The notes: generated from the letters alone by a model not told the origin. A DNA stretch of 60,245 nucleotides from Candidatus Spechtbacterales bacterium (GCA_040879145.1 JBBDKX010000038.1:1-60245), one strand, 5' to 3'; positions 1 through 7,565 are shown, numbered from the stretch's first letter. A program made the numbers and translations.

Positions 1-38
1 GTTTTTCTGTTATCTGTTTTCTGTTATCTGTTTTCTGT
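1..38. repeat. Tandem heptamer 'word' repeat (CTGTTWT-type), truncated by the window edge
   Basis: Read directly: g tttttct gttatct gttttct gttatct gttttct gt. It has the same 7-nt periodic style as other spacers in this window. It lies in frame inside the partial minus-strand ORF 1-187. Confidence 0.8.
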
Positions 39-187
39 ACATATATCCTCCCCTCTTTTGCGCTTATATTTTTTCTCTCAACGCCTGTTGTTTTGGCAAT
101 ATTTAAAACAAGACGATCTATAAAATCATCCCTGTTTTTACCCTTGAGCCAAAGCTCGCCTAATTTTATTAAAATTACTTTATCCAT
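1..187 (-). CDS. Partial CDS (N-terminal part only; runs off the left edge), ThiI-like tRNA 4-thiouridine synthase N-terminus
   Basis: Not in the ORF track because it is open to the window edge. Hand translation from the ATG at 185-187 gives MDKVILIKLGELWLKGKNRDDFIDRLVLNIAKTTGVERKNISAKEGRIYVQKTDNRKQITEK. The GELxLKGKNRxxF and GRIxV pattern resembles ThiI N-terminal domains. It starts 9 nt after the stop of the upstream minus-strand gene. Confidence 0.35.
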   Translation of the reverse strand, partial: MDKVILIKLGELWLKGKNRDDFIDRLVLNIAKTTGVERKNISAKEGRIYVQKTDNRKQITEK

Positions 188-196
188 CTTCAAGGT

Positions 197-1804
197 TTAA
201 ATTGTCTTTGTTAAAAATATATTTAACGGACCGTCTTTATATATATCCTCAAATAATAAGCTGTCCAAATTACCCCCATTAACCTTAAGGTAGTTTAGCC
301 TATATCTCAAGTGTTCCTTGCAATCAGAGGTTGGAAATACTGCTGATTTTTTATTAATGCAAACTAAAAATACGTAATTCTTTTTTTGACTATCTGTAAT
401 TAAGCCACTTTTAGAAATATCTATAAAATCTGTATTAAGTTTATCTTCAAGAGCTAAATAAAAAATATAGTTTCTTACCCCATAAGGTCCTTTTTTATAT
501 ACTATAATGTCAAAGAAATTTAAGTCTTCATAATTATTAGTTTTTTTTATTTCAATAGCAGTGTCTTTTATTTTATCGGTGGCTTGATTTATGTAGTATG
601 AATTGGGTCGTTCAAATTTATCTACATCATTAAATAGTGCAAATGCAGAGCTTGAAAAAAACAACACGTACGCAATAAAAATAAATTGAATCACCCTTAA
701 TAATCCTTTGTTGATTTTTAATAGTTTAATTTTATCTAAGGAAAAAATTAAACCTACTGCAAAAATATAAAGTGGCGCAAATACTACCGAAAAATAGTGT
801 ATATGGAACTCTTTTACACCAAACAAAACAAACGCAAGAAATGGTTGAACTGCAATAAATATAACTACTGCTAATGTCTTAGTTGTTTTTTTGTTTTTAT
901 CAAAAGCGTAGATAATTATGAACAACAAATATAAAAAGTATAAAAAAAGCAAAGGATGAAAAATTTTTATACTTGAAAAGCTTAAAAAACTTAAAAATTG
1001 CTTGAATACTGCAAGCAGCTGATCCCAAGCGTAATTCAATTTTAAAAACCCCGAAAACGAAGCTTGAGTTTTGTTTTCTTGTTTATAGAAAAGAATTATA
1101 TTGGGTGCATAAAAGACCAAAAAAGTGGCTACTACTGTAATTACGGGCTTAAAAACTTGTGAAAGTTTTGGTTTATTCTTATAAATAATCCACATACTCA
1201 ATACTAAGAATACAGGCAAAAAAGAATAAGCGGAATTATGTAAAGCCCCCGCTATTATGATGGAAACTATGCCCAAATGTACAAACTTGTTACTTCTATC
1301 TTGGTAAGCTTTTATTAAAAATAAAAAAGATAGCAGGTAAAACGGATACATAAGATGTGGCTGCCAAATATACATAGACTGCAAATAAATAACTGGAACA
1401 GAAACAAAGGCTAAGGAAGATATTAATGCTACATACTTATTAAATAATTTTTTTGCAATTAGATAATAAATAATAATTGAAGCTAAAAAGAATAGTAAAT
1501 TGATTAAATTTAAATAAATATAACTGTCGTATATAAATAAAAATAAAGCCAACAAATAATAATAAAAAGGGCTATTAACCATAGTCCCAAATCCAGCATT
1601 CCACGGTCCTACCAAGGGCAAGCTTTCGCCCCTACTAATACTTCTTGCTATTAAATAATCTCTAGCTGAATCTCCATCACTTAAATCTAAGGGATAATCT
1701 AAATTAACAATTCCAATTGCCAAAATAGAGGCTATTAAAAAAATAAACAAATATTCTGATATGCTTAACTTTTTTACAAGATTTGAAATATAAATTTTAT
1801 TCAT
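197..1804 (-). CDS. Polytopic membrane glycosyltransferase, GT-C fold (ArnT/PMT, GT39/GT83-like)
   Basis: 535-aa ORF with an ATG start. It has many hydrophobic helices, an acidic first-loop motif (LDLSDGDSARDY) and a size typical of GT-C lipid-linked sugar transferases. This is a family-level call only. Confidence 0.5.
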   Translation of the reverse strand: MNKIYISNLVKKLSISEYLFIFLIASILAIGIVNLDYPLDLSDGDSARDYLIARSISRGESLPLVGPWNAGFGTMVNSPFYYYLLALFLFIYDSYIYLNLINLLFFLASIIIYYLIAKKLFNKYVALISSLAFVSVPVIYLQSMYIWQPHLMYPFYLLSFLFLIKAYQDRSNKFVHLGIVSIIIAGALHNSAYSFLPVFLVLSMWIIYKNKPKLSQVFKPVITVVATFLVFYAPNIILFYKQENKTQASFSGFLKLNYAWDQLLAVFKQFLSFLSFSSIKIFHPLLFLYFLYLLFIIIYAFDKNKKTTKTLAVVIFIAVQPFLAFVLFGVKEFHIHYFSVVFAPLYIFAVGLIFSLDKIKLLKINKGLLRVIQFIFIAYVLFFSSSAFALFNDVDKFERPNSYYINQATDKIKDTAIEIKKTNNYEDLNFFDIIVYKKGPYGVRNYIFYLALEDKLNTDFIDISKSGLITDSQKKNYVFLVCINKKSAVFPTSDCKEHLRYRLNYLKVNGGNLDSLLFEDIYKDGPLNIFLTKTI

Positions 1805-1808
1805 ATTA

Positions 1809-2318
1809 TTAATTTTTCACCCTCCTAACCATTTCTATTCTAGGAATAGTTTTTCCAGATTTAAGCACCCATTCTTTCTTTGTTGTCTCTTGAAAACCCA
1901 GGCGCTTATACCAATTATGACGATCCTTGTTATATTCAACCACATATAAAAAAATGTCTTTTTTTCTTTCATCTGCCCACTTAAGCATTTCGTTTATAAG
2001 CATGCGCCCCAAGTCCATTCCATTATACTCGGGCAAAAGATGCATAGTAGAAAATATTAACTTATCTTTTTTTATTTTTGCCGTTGATGCACCTATTGTC
2101 TCGCCCTTATCTTTATCTACAACAAGCCACCCACGTATTTTTTTTGAAGCCAGCCCCTCTTCAAGCGCGTCTACCGCATCGGGGCCACACTGCACTATCA
2201 TATCCTCTTCTGTTATCTTGTGAGTATCGCCAACATAAGCGACAAAAGAAGCCAACATTTTTATGGCTACCATCTCTTCGGCATCTGCCGGTTTTGCTTT
2301 GTTGATCTCTATATTCAT
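1809..2318 (-). CDS. GNAT family N-acetyltransferase
   Basis: 169 aa. It has an acetyl-CoA-binding motif-A-like region (LPEYNGMDLGRMLINEMLKWA) and a C-terminal YKRLGF typical of the GNAT fold. Confidence 0.7.
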   Translation of the reverse strand: MNIEINKAKPADAEEMVAIKMLASFVAYVGDTHKITEEDMIVQCGPDAVDALEEGLASKKIRGWLVVDKDKGETIGASTAKIKKDKLIFSTMHLLPEYNGMDLGRMLINEMLKWADERKKDIFLYVVEYNKDRHNWYKRLGFQETTKKEWVLKSGKTIPRIEMVRRVKN

Positions 2319-2349
2319 ACGTACTCAACAGCTACCACAAAACTTTAAA

Positions 2350-3498
2350 TTACATTCTGGCTACAACATTCCTTAAATTGGGTATAATTTCTTTAAGTGT
2401 TTTACACGTGTAAATAATTTCTTCCTCAGTATTATACCTTGAAAAGCTAAAACGAAGGCTTGAAACCGCGTATTCATAGGGAATATTAATGGCTTCTAAA
2501 ACATGGCTTATCTCCTGCTTGCCCGCGCCACAAGCTGAACCACTGGATGCAAAAATTCCCCGCTCTTCTATTGCGTGAAGTAAAATTTCAGAAGGTATTC
2601 CTTTAAAAGCGATATTTACTATATTTAACAAACCATCCTTGGGAGAATTTATTCGGACATCCGGAACTTCTTTTAATGTCCGAATAAATTCTTCCTGTAA
2701 TTCCTTCATTTTTTTACTATTTATTTCTAAATTTTCATACGAAATTTTAACAGCTTCACTCAAACCCACGATTCCCGGCACATTCTCAGTCCCGCTTCTA
2801 AGACCCCTTTCCTGCCCCCCTCCGTGTAGAACAGGTTCTATATTTACACCCTCTTTTACAACAATCGCGCCAATACCTTTTGGACCATGTATTTTGTGCC
2901 CACTAAAAGAATACATATCAATATTTTCAAGGTCAACATCAAGCTTTCCAACCGCCTGCACTCCGTCAGAAAAAAACAGGGTTTTTGGATTTTTTAGTTT
3001 AACCGCTTCTGCGTATTCGTTTATAGGATGTACTGTACCCAACTCATTGTTTACATGCATTATTGCAACCAAAGTAGTATCTTCCCGCACAGCATTTACA
3101 AGTTCTTCTTTATTTATATTCCCATATTCATCTGTGTCCAGATATGTTAACTCAAAACCATCCTTTTCCAACGCATGGCAACTCTCAATAACCGCTTCGT
3201 GTTCTGTTTTTTGTGTAACTATATGCATACCGTGCCTCTTTAAGGCATGAGCAGCTCCTTTTATCGCAAAATTATCCGCCTCTGTAGCGCCTGAGGTAAA
3301 AAAAACTTCAGAACTTTTCACGTGTAAGGCATCCGCTACTATCTGGCGACCCTCCTTTATAGCCCGCTCTGTTTCAATGCCTTTTTTGTGCCTGCTTGAA
3401 GGATTACCATAATATTCGTTCAAATAGGGTAACATTGCCTCCAAAACTTCAGGGGCTACAGGGGTACTGGCTGAATTATCTAAATATATTTCTCGCAT
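2350..3498 (-). CDS. Cysteine desulfurase (NifS/IscS-type class V aminotransferase)
   Basis: It has IYLDNSASTP at the N-terminus, a PLP-lysine motif SFSGHKIHGPKGIG and an active-site loop SSGSACG. The track start at 3519 is a GTG; the ATG at 3496-3498 (MREIYLDN) is preferred. Confidence 0.85.
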   Translation of the reverse strand: MREIYLDNSASTPVAPEVLEAMLPYLNEYYGNPSSRHKKGIETERAIKEGRQIVADALHVKSSEVFFTSGATEADNFAIKGAAHALKRHGMHIVTQKTEHEAVIESCHALEKDGFELTYLDTDEYGNINKEELVNAVREDTTLVAIMHVNNELGTVHPINEYAEAVKLKNPKTLFFSDGVQAVGKLDVDLENIDMYSFSGHKIHGPKGIGAIVVKEGVNIEPVLHGGGQERGLRSGTENVPGIVGLSEAVKISYENLEINSKKMKELQEEFIRTLKEVPDVRINSPKDGLLNIVNIAFKGIPSEILLHAIEERGIFASSGSACGAGKQEISHVLEAINIPYEYAVSSLRFSFSRYNTEEEIIYTCKTLKEIIPNLRNVVARM

Positions 3499-3625
3499 TT
3501 TGTTCGGCTTCTGCCTCACAATAACCGCAGATATATGCTGATTTTTTGCGGATTCTATGCTGAGATTATCCGCATTAATCTGCTTTAATCCGTATTAATC
3601 CGAGGTTTAAGCGAGCGAAGCGAGC
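3499..3625. repeat. Low-complexity 'word' spacer (CCGC / GCTGAT / ATTAATC words) ending in GCGAGCGAAGCGAGC against the cca stop codon
   Basis: Read directly. CCGCAGATATATGCTGAT (3525-3542) matches the reverse complement of 15787-15804 at 15 of 18 positions. The arms are imperfectly self-complementary. Confidence 0.65.
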
Positions 3626-5080
3626 TTACAAATAGTATTTCCTCTTTAGCTCCTCATCAACTGATTGCTCAAACTTATTCTGTTTATCCTTGGCCTTTTT
3701 TTCTAATTTTTCAAGCTCTTTGTCTGTCTTGGCACTTAAGTCTTTAATTTTTTCAAGTTGATATTTACGTTCATTCTTTTTTGGTTCGTCCAAAACCTCG
3801 TCAAGTAAAATATTTAATATACGCCCTATTTTCTTACCAGGCTTAACATCCGCAGCGCGCATAACATCCTCTCCATCTACCTTTAACATTCCCACTGAAA
3901 TAGGGTCTTTTTGCACCCTATCTATCATATACCTAAAGTGACGCAGTCTGTATGGTTCGGGTTTTGGAACTCCCGAACCCATTCTGTCGCATATCCTCAC
4001 CTTTACCAGATCGTCCATATTATCAGATCCAACTTTAGCTACCAGGCGCCTAACAGAGCTTTCGGTAACCTCTCCAACCTCATAATAAAAGAGGTGATAC
4101 CGAACCAAAAGTACCACTTTTTCTGTGAATTTTTTTGAGAACTTCAGGCGCTTTAAAAGCTTTTCAGCAATCTTGGCACCAACAACCTCATGGCCATAAA
4201 ACGTAGAGTCTTTTCCTTCGCCACGCTTAGTTTGTGGCTTCCCTACATCATGTAAAAGTGCGGCAAATTTCACGTGAAGCGGATAATCATGCTCTGCCGC
4301 CCACTTTAAAGCATACAAGTTGTGCTCAAAAACAGTGTATATGTGGTGTTTGTTTTGTCCCACACCTATGCCTTTTGCTATTTCCGGCAAAACAAGCTCT
4401 AAAAGCCCAGAATCCTGCATAAAAAGAATGCCGTTATGGGCGTATTTATTATCTATCATCTTAATCAATTCGTCTTTAATTCTCTCTTCCGCAACATTTT
4501 TTATCCAATGAGCATTCTCTTTTATCGCCTGAAATGTTTCACCCTCTATTGTAAAATTTAACTGTGTTGCAAAACGCAAAGCGCGCATAAGGCGCAGGGC
4601 ATCTTCAGAAAAACGCTCATTAGGGCTGCCTACCGTACGCACAACCCCTTCCTTAAGATCTTTTTGACCTTCGAAAAGATCTACAATATCATATGCTTTC
4701 TTTTTTGGCCTAAGAGCTAAGGCGTTTATTGTAAAATCGCGTCTTTTTAGGTCTTCTTCTAAGGATTCTGTAAAATCAACACTATCGGGATGGCGCTTAT
4801 CAGAGTATTTTGCCTCAGACCTAAAAGTGGTAACCTCTACTATTTTTAAACTTTCGTCTTTCGAATCTGTCTTTACGGCAACAGTTCCGAAATCATTCTC
4901 ATACACACTATCAGGAAATAATTTTTGTATTTTTTCGGGCTTTGCGCTTGTTGTTAGGTCCCAATCTTTCGGAGTTCTATCTAATAAAATATCGCGCACG
5001 CATCCGCCTACGACATAAGCTTCAAATCCCGCTTCTTCAAGGGTTTTTATAATATTTTTTACTTCTTTAGGTAACTTCAT
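3626..5080 (-). CDS. cca: CCA-adding tRNA nucleotidyltransferase with C-terminal HD domain
   Basis: It has the GGCVRD motif, RRDFTINA, and the HD-domain motif LLHDVGKP. The ATG at 5078-5080 (MKLPKEV) is preferred; an alternative ATG lies at 5107. Confidence 0.85.
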   Translation of the reverse strand: MKLPKEVKNIIKTLEEAGFEAYVVGGCVRDILLDRTPKDWDLTTSAKPEKIQKLFPDSVYENDFGTVAVKTDSKDESLKIVEVTTFRSEAKYSDKRHPDSVDFTESLEEDLKRRDFTINALALRPKKKAYDIVDLFEGQKDLKEGVVRTVGSPNERFSEDALRLMRALRFATQLNFTIEGETFQAIKENAHWIKNVAEERIKDELIKMIDNKYAHNGILFMQDSGLLELVLPEIAKGIGVGQNKHHIYTVFEHNLYALKWAAEHDYPLHVKFAALLHDVGKPQTKRGEGKDSTFYGHEVVGAKIAEKLLKRLKFSKKFTEKVVLLVRYHLFYYEVGEVTESSVRRLVAKVGSDNMDDLVKVRICDRMGSGVPKPEPYRLRHFRYMIDRVQKDPISVGMLKVDGEDVMRAADVKPGKKIGRILNILLDEVLDEPKKNERKYQLEKIKDLSAKTDKELEKLEKKAKDKQNKFEQSVDEELKRKYYL

Positions 5081-5131
5081 TGTTGTTTTAAAATAAGTCT
5101 TACACATTTAGACTACCCCAAAACATCTCTA

Positions 5132-5160
5132 TTGTCTATTGGTGTGAATTATGGTATATT
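5132..5160 (+). promoter_or_regulatory. Sigma70-like promoter TTGTCT-17-TATATT with TG-extended -10
   Basis: TTGTCT is at 5132-5137, followed by a 17-nt spacer and TGGTATATT with the hexamer at 5155-5160. This places a start about 20 nt upstream of the tRNA-like fragment at 5185. Confidence 0.45.
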
Positions 5161-5184
5161 TCATGTGAAAAGTGGCCACAAAAA

Positions 5185-5230
5185 GCGCCCGTAGCTCAAC
5201 CGGATAGAGTGGTCCGATGTTCATCGGACA
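5185..5230 (+). pseudogene. 5' tRNA fragment (acceptor and D arm of tRNA-Arg type, aberrant anticodon arm, no T arm)
   Basis: 5185-5211 (GCGCCCGTAGCTCAACCGGATAGAGTG) equals the first 27 nt of the intact tRNA at 5509 with 1 mismatch. It is followed by a stem TCCGA/TCGGA with loop TGTTCAT, which lacks U33. No T arm or 3' acceptor strand follows. Confidence 0.6.
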
Positions 5231-5254
5231 GGTGGTGGAGTTTTAATACTTATC

Positions 5255-5518
5255 ATGAAAACAGGGATTTATATTCTAAAATGCTCTAACGGTAGATTTT
5301 ACATAGGTAGCACAAATAACATTGATAGAAGAATAGAAGAACATAAAAATGGACAGGTTATATATACAAAAAATATTTTACCTGTTAAACTACTCCTGTT
5401 TCATCCCTGCACAACAATAAAAGAAGCAAGGCAAATAGAATATAAACTAAAAAGACTAAAAAACCGCACAATTATAGAAAAGATAGTTCAGGATGGAACT
5501 ATAAACATGCGCCCGTAG
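5255..5518 (+). CDS. Small GIY-YIG nuclease family protein (URI/UPF0213-type)
   Basis: 87 aa. GIYILKCSNGRFYIGSTNNIDRRIEEHKNG followed by KLLLF...EARQIEYKLKRL matches the GIY-YIG core. The last 10 nt, including the TAG stop, lie inside the tRNA-Arg gene. Confidence 0.85.
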   Translation: MKTGIYILKCSNGRFYIGSTNNIDRRIEEHKNGQVIYTKNILPVKLLLFHPCTTIKEARQIEYKLKRLKNRTIIEKIVQDGTINMRP

Positions 5519-5582
5519 CTCAACTGGATAGAGTGTCTGGCTTCGGACCAGAAGGTTGGGGGTTCGAATCCCTCCGGGCGTA
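5509..5582 (+). tRNA. tRNA-Arg (anticodon TCG)
   Basis: Hand-folded cloverleaf: acceptor GCGCCCG/CGGGCGT, D arm GCTC-AACTGGATA-GAGT, anticodon arm TCTGG-CTTCGGA-CCAGA, T arm GGGGG-TTCGAAT-CCCTC, discriminator A. No encoded CCA. Confidence 0.85.
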
Positions 5583-5630
5583 CTAATAATTAAAACACCT
5601 ATTTCAGTAGGTGTTTTAATTATTAGTACG
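5579..5630. terminator. Long palindrome (20-bp perfect stem, extendable to about 24 bp) overlapping the tRNA-Arg 3' end
   Basis: ACTAATAATTAAAACACCTA (5582-5601), loop TTTCAG, then TAGGTGTTTTAATTATTAGT (5608-5627). The flanking GCGT/ACGC extend the pairing. Confidence 0.7.
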
Positions 5631-5690
5631 CGGGATTCGAACCCGCGGAGGGGTCCCGCCAGAGGCGGGCAGGCGGGGAACCGTTGAGTA
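5628..5690 (-). pseudogene. tRNA-like 3' fragment (canonical T arm, no matching 5' acceptor strand)
   Basis: The minus strand reads ...CCCGCCTCTGGCGGGACCCCTCC GCGGG TTCGAAT CCCGC GTA. The T stem-loop is canonical, but I could not fold an acceptor stem or D arm. The segment is GC-rich. Confidence 0.4.
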
Positions 5691-5773
5691 TACATAAGTT
5701 TTTAAAAACCCTTTGAATGGGGTTTTTAGTTTTCCCCAATAAAAAATATTGATTTTGTGCTACTATTAACTTA

Positions 5774-7084
5774 ATGAAATTGGGCATTAAATTTTTCTTA
5801 ATTTTTGCAGTGTTGGTATCTGTTGCCGGTTTTTTTGTTGTAGAAGATGTCTCTGCTCAAGGGCAGTATTATTGCCAAATGAGTACTGCGGGGTGTGTAT
5901 TAGACCCGGGAATATCTCCAACCTGTCAACAGGGATATACATATGACTGCGGTCAATTCACAACGCTTTCCTCTTGTTTTAATAATCCACACACTTGTGA
6001 AATAGCAGGCAATCAATTTTCCTGTAATTACGATTTCGGAAGAAGTACATGCAATATAGACAGTAACAACAGCACGTGTGACACAGGTAAATCAGATAAT
6101 TGTTCCAACTGGAATAATGACCCCGCAGGATGTGAAAACGCTTTTGGCACATGCGTAGTAGGAATTCCCCCTGGTGAGGACTGCATGGTAACCTTCCCTG
6201 ACCCATGCTACGACGGAACAGGAGAACACTCATGCATAGCTTATGATGATTCCGGTACGGTTGGAATTTGCCAGCCAAATCCTTGTGAATCTACGGCACA
6301 GTGCCATGGAGGATATGAATGCCTTAGTGGAACATGTCGCCCGGGAGGTTCAAAGGCCCCGCTTGGAGTAAATGAAAAGACATGCATATGGGATACGCTT
6401 TATGGAAGGTGTGTACCTACAGGTACATGCAGGGCGGGGTATGAGGGTTACACTTTTGCTGAATGTAGTGCGTATCCCACCGAAGAAGAGTGTACGGCAG
6501 TACCTAACACAAGCTGTGATTTAATAGCTGAGTTCGGTGGAGAAGACTGTTTCGCGCGTTGCATAGAAGATCCCAATAATACCACCGCAGACCCTGTACG
6601 ACCAGGGGCAAACGACATATGCAATGCTAAGTGTAAAACAAATTTCAAACGATGCGATACAGACGGGGATTGTAAGTTTTTAATAGGGGAGGGTTGGAAG
6701 TGTATTCCAAACGATGTCACAGGAATGGGTATATGCCAATTTGAGCCTGATAAGATTTGTAATGCCGGAGGATTATTGCCCTGTGGAGGAACAGGATGCC
6801 CCTGCCAGCTTTGCGATGTATTTATTGTAATAAACAGAGTGGTAGATTTGCTTCTCTTTACAATAGCGCCCATACTTGTATCTATAATGGTTATAGTGGG
6901 TGGATTCTTTGTTATGACATCACGCGGTGCCGGGCAATTACGAAAAGGTAAGGAATTTATAAAGTGGGCCATTCTTGGATATTTATTAATGCTAACAGCA
7001 TGGGTAATTGTAAACAGCATACTTACTGTATTAGATCTGGCCACATGGGTTGGCGCAGGGGATTGGTGGGACCCAAACTGTTAA
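5774..7084 (+). CDS. Secreted Cys-rich protein with C-terminal TrbC/VirB2-like two-helix pilin module
   Basis: It has a signal peptide MKLGIKFFLIFAVLVSVAGFFVVEDVSAQ and about 40 Cys by hand count. The C-terminal hydrophobic hairpin has a short basic loop (GGFFVMTSRGAGQLRKGKEFIKWAILG), like the modules at 26635-32598. Confidence 0.55.
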   Translation: MKLGIKFFLIFAVLVSVAGFFVVEDVSAQGQYYCQMSTAGCVLDPGISPTCQQGYTYDCGQFTTLSSCFNNPHTCEIAGNQFSCNYDFGRSTCNIDSNNSTCDTGKSDNCSNWNNDPAGCENAFGTCVVGIPPGEDCMVTFPDPCYDGTGEHSCIAYDDSGTVGICQPNPCESTAQCHGGYECLSGTCRPGGSKAPLGVNEKTCIWDTLYGRCVPTGTCRAGYEGYTFAECSAYPTEEECTAVPNTSCDLIAEFGGEDCFARCIEDPNNTTADPVRPGANDICNAKCKTNFKRCDTDGDCKFLIGEGWKCIPNDVTGMGICQFEPDKICNAGGLLPCGGTGCPCQLCDVFIVINRVVDLLLFTIAPILVSIMVIVGGFFVMTSRGAGQLRKGKEFIKWAILGYLLMLTAWVIVNSILTVLDLATWVGAGDWWDPNC

Positions 7085-7105
7085 AGATTATTAAACAAAG
7101 TACAC

Positions 7106-7145
7106 AAATCAATAAGTCCTCCGATATCGGAGGACTTATTGATTT
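7106..7145. terminator. Perfect 40-nt palindrome downstream of the Cys-rich gene
   Basis: AAATCAATAAGTCCTCCGAT / ATCGGAGGACTTATTGATTT form exact reverse complements with no spacer. Confidence 0.7.
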
Positions 7146-7167
7146 AAGGCAAAACACGTGATATAAA
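7139..7167 (+). promoter_or_regulatory. Sigma70-like promoter TTGATT-17-TATAAA upstream of the tRNA-Lys fragment
   Basis: TTGATT is at 7139-7144, followed by a 17-nt spacer and TATAAA at 7162-7167. The -35 overlaps the right arm of the palindrome. Confidence 0.45.
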
Positions 7168-7203
7168 AAGGAGTGTCTTCACTATAAATATCAAATTTCC
7201 GGT

Positions 7204-7250
7204 CCGCCCATAGCTCAATTGGCAGAGCAGTTGCCTCTTAAGCAATTGGT
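7204..7250 (+). pseudogene. 5' fragment of tRNA-Lys (acceptor 5' strand, D arm, anticodon arm; no T arm)
   Basis: 7202-7250 is identical over 49 nt to 7404-7452 of the intact tRNA-Lys. The two copies diverge exactly after ...GCAATTGGT. Confidence 0.8.
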
Positions 7251-7405
7251 CGGGCCCTCTAATTAAAAACTGGGGTGCATTTGACGGGATTTATTTTGCA
7301 AATATTCTAGGCGTTTGGAGTGACGCGATGTTGAAACATCGTTAGCGACAAAGAACACTAAAGATTGGCAAAATAAACCCGCCCTTTTAAAACCCAGTTT
7401 CCAGT
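7251..7405 (+). other. 155-nt structured insert between the tRNA-Lys fragment and the intact tRNA-Lys
   Basis: It contains nested complementary segments. AAACTGGG (7267-7274) pairs with CCCAGTTT (7393-7400). CGGGATTTATTTTGC (7285-7299) pairs with GCAAAATAAACCCG (7368-7381) with one bulged A. There is an inner hairpin at 7325-7342. No ORF is present. Confidence 0.4.
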
Positions 7406-7478
7406 CCGCCCATAGCTCAATTGGCAGAGCAGTTGCCTCTTAAGCAATTGGTTCCAGGTTCAAGTCCTGGTGGGCGGA
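7406..7478 (+). tRNA. tRNA-Lys (anticodon CTT)
   Basis: Cloverleaf: acceptor CCGCCCA/TGGGCGG, D arm GCTC-AATTGGCA-GAGC, anticodon arm GTTGC-CTCTTAA-GCAAT, T arm CCAGG-TTCAAGT-CCTGG, discriminator A. Confidence 0.9.
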
Positions 7479-7536
7479 CTGGGAATTGGGTTGGGGGCAC
7501 AAATCAGACTTTTGCCGGATTTTCATGTGAAAGATA

Positions 7537-7565
7537 TTGCCTAAAATATTATTATATGTTATCAT
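7537..7565 (+). promoter_or_regulatory. Candidate promoter TTGCCT-17-TATCAT for rpsO
   Basis: The hexamers are at 7537-7542 and 7560-7565. The -10 ends 9 nt before the rpsO ATG, implying a very short or absent leader. Confidence 0.4.

Noticed and set aside
5185-5582. Group I intron with a GIY-YIG homing endonuclease inside a tRNA gene
   Set aside because: The downstream copy is a complete tRNA with its own 5' half. The upstream fragment therefore has no dedicated 3' exon. The ~300-nt interval is almost fully occupied by the ORF, leaving no room for an intron core.
5456-5695. 79-aa minus-strand ORF in the track
   Set aside because: It runs antisense through the tRNA-Arg gene, the 20-bp palindrome and the GC-rich tRNA-like fragment. 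Its composition is driven by those elements, so it is not a gene.
7204-7478. Intron-containing tRNA-Lys
   Set aside because: For the same reason: the 3' copy is a full, uninterrupted cloverleaf, so this is a partial duplication flanking an insert and not exon-intron-exon.
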